Below, in pieces: positions 61,350-64,000 of a DNA stretch of 64,000 nt; positions within the stretch are counted from its first letter, which is position 1, and each line of letters begins with the position of its first letter. The DNA lies in assembly GCF_964194025.1 (NCBI RefSeq), contig NC_134469.1:52886001-52950000 (forward strand), read 5' to 3'. The translations under genes and the position numbers were made by a program. Source of the DNA: Convolutriloba macropyga. Lineage: Eukaryota. Below the pieces are notes generated by a model. The model ran no database searches and was not told the DNA's origin. It worked only from the letters and a program-made list of their open reading frames with translations.

Positions 61350-64000
61350 TGGCGACAGAGTTATTGAACGCTTACTTCTGCTACAAAGAGGACATAATTC
61401 GCAACTCAATGAATAAGCCATTAACGGAAAAACTTAAAATCTTCGAATCATCAGAAAAACAATTACTGGAATTAGCCTTTATTTTATCTCACAAGAAGAC
61501 AATCAAACAGACATCAAACGGATCCGTATTACAAAGAACTCAGAACTTTACAATTTCTTTCAAAATTACAGAACTCAAGAAATTAACAACACTACAAGCA
61601 CATAACAACCTTACCCATTCAAAATTATATGAGCAATCAACCTATTTATTTGCTAGAAAAGAGATAAAACCACGCAAGTTACAACAATACTTCTATGACA
61701 CTCTTGGGAGGCTATCAACCTAGAAAACCGTTCGTATTCTTCAACGACAAAACAGTCAGTAGAAAAGTAAGTCAAAAACTTAAAGAGAAGAACAAAAAAG
61801 ACCAACCAAACAGTCTAAACTGCATACTCTGACATAGCTAAATTGGAGAAGCTCAAAAATTGATCGTTCCACGAAAACACTTCACTAACAAACTGATTAA
61901 AACAAAATGGCAGACGAAAGTCCAACTCACGTACATCTGAAAAGATTCTCCGGACTGTCAAATGACAACTGGCCCGAACTTAAGGACTACTGAGTGCAAG
62001 CATGACGTATCTATAATTCTTGCAGCCAATCACCAACGTGCACAATATCTCCACCTACAATTAGCCCGTAATGCACTCGTATTTTCCAGTATTACCTTCG
62101 ACTCGCCAAAAACACAAGAAACGACCTAGAAGACTCTTAAACAACTACGCAACCGATATGCTGGGGCAGACCAAAGAAGAAACTTCGAGCTCAACCTGCA
62201 ATCAAGAAAGTTGGATCCGGTGAAGGAGCAACCAGATGACTTCCTCACAGATCTGCAGCGCCTCGCCAACAATCGTTGGCGACCCTGCAGCTCATAGACC
62301 GCACAGAAGAAAGAACAAGAAGAATAAGAGAACAATTCATACAAGGCATGTACAAGAAAATGTTGCTGGAAGAGAATGACAACATCACAGTAAACGAAAT
62401 GTGCAAAATCATCAAAAACCGAGTCCGAAATTGATCAGATAAAATCCGAATCACAATATACCACCTAATTCAATACATTAAACGCATCAGGAAACCTCGC
62501 AGTAGCCCAAGGCATAGATAGCATATTGGCGGCAGGAATAGCATCAATGCAACTAGCACAGCAACGGCATCAGCGCGTGGAGAGTACTCAGTACCCTCGC
62601 TACAGAGGTGGAAGTAACTACAGGGGCTATAATTACAACAGACAAACATACCAATATAAAGGAAACCAAAATGGCCGAGGAAAAAGTATCAACTACAACT
62701 GCGGAAGACGTTAACCTGGAATCTTTCATAGCGATCGCTCAAATTATTCGAGAGAGAGGTCAAACTTCCAAACGACTGAAGTAATGTAGGTATCCCACGC
62801 CATCGAGAACAATTTGCAGAACATGTGCTAGCAATGAGCACACTGCACGTGATTGTCCAGAACGTCAACGAGCATACCGCGATGGAAATATGCCATTTAA
62901 TCAGCAGTCAAAAAACTGAATAACCTGCATGTTCTTCTACAACATATTCCCGATTGCAAAACAAACTATAGCGAAAATGTATTTATAATACCTCTGCAAT
63001 TCGAAACATTGATAAGAAAAGAAGTAGCAGACACTGGAGCATTGAGCACCGCCAGGTCAAAAAAAACATTTTCATAAAATAAGCAGAACTCTCTTACAAA
63101 AACCAGAAAAAAACAAATCCTGAAATGAACGTTTCTACAAATGTCCTACATCAATCACCTATTTTATTCACAGTCCAAATGACATTCGAAATTGGTCATT
63201 TACAATTTGAGGAACAGTTCATGGTGTTTGAAACACTTTCCGCTGTCCTTCTTGGCTTTCCCTTCTTTGACGAGAATGAAATTATCATTGATGCCCACAA
63301 CAGACTACTTCAAACACCAGAACTCACTTTTCAGCTCAACCTTATGCACATAAAAGGCAACAACAAACAAAAACGTCTCAACAGCCGGAAAAAGATCATG
63401 CTAAAAACCAAAACAACTTAAAGCTCTCACCTGGAGAACAAAATTCTCTGGAACTAATCCCATCAGAGGAATCTGATACAGGAACCAATTGGACCAGTAG
63501 AGCCTATGTAAAGTTTGAAAAACTTGGCATTGGTCTAACAATCACGCTTGACAAACTTACAGAGAACCAAACTACCAACCTACTTAATATCAATACAACA
63601 GAAAATCCGCTTCACATTAGACAAGATTCTCCAGTGACAATATTTGCATTTATCACAAAAGCAAGCTCGCACCTGACACCAATTGAGCCGAAACTTTTCC
63701 TTTCCAATCAAGCGACCCAAAGAAAACAATAAAACAAATAGGAAAATCTATAGAAAGAACAGCAAAAGGCGAAATAAATCACAGAATAAAACACGAAAAC
63801 TGATTCTAGTTTCCGATCCCAGAAACCAATCCCAAAACATCTAAAAAGATTGCACTTGAAAAACGCATATATGACCAAATCGTCAAATTCATTAGAAGAA
63901 ATTCAACCACTCTTGAAACACGAAGGCAGGAATAGTTTTCTAAACTCGTTTAAGTTGAGCGACAGCGTGCTCTCTGACAATGACAAAGAAAGAACAGAAC
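61350..64000 (+). mobile_element. Decayed Ty3/Gypsy LTR retrotransposon (PBS, gag, protease), in SLC10 intron 2; runs off the window
   Basis: PBS-like TGGCGAC at 61350 just after a CA; gag ATG at 61907 (MADESPTHVHLKRFSG); zinc knuckle CRTCASNEHTARDC at 62815-62856; protease DTGA at ~63030 and VLLGFPF. Multiple stops and frameshifts. Confidence 0.85.

Noticed and set aside
61349-61723. 124-aa ORF upstream of gag
   Set aside because: It begins at the putative PBS in the A-rich leader and has no recognisable motif.

Overview
AT-rich, repeat-dense eukaryotic DNA, most likely from an invertebrate animal. Four protein-coding genes can be rebuilt by hand: (1) an intronless, divergent C4-zinc-finger nuclear receptor (-, 16256..17818); (2) PNPO, pyridoxamine/pyridoxine 5'-phosphate oxidase (-, 2 exons); (3) a calcineurin B-type EF-hand gene (-, 4 coding exons over about 18 kb); (4) the first two exons of an SLC10 sodium/bile-acid symporter-family gene (+), head-to-head with calcineurin B. 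The remainder is mobile DNA: a decayed full-length CR1/L2-type LINE, a decayed Ty3/Gypsy element, a probable solo LTR, at least five 2-3 kb Helentron-associated (HINE/DINE-1-like) elements, several MITEs and tandem duplications. The main signal is splicing. Of the five introns with both ends fixed by protein conservation, two cannot be GT-AG. The PNPO intron reads GG-AG (or AG-AC) and has a 17/21-bp inverted repeat joining its ends. The 12.6-kb first calcineurin B intron reads AT-AC with a U2-like 5' site (AG|ATAAGT). Each donor differs from the consensus at a single position. This suggests a spliceosome tolerant of non-canonical boundaries, unless both are assembly errors. All alignments were done by eye, and no database searches were run.
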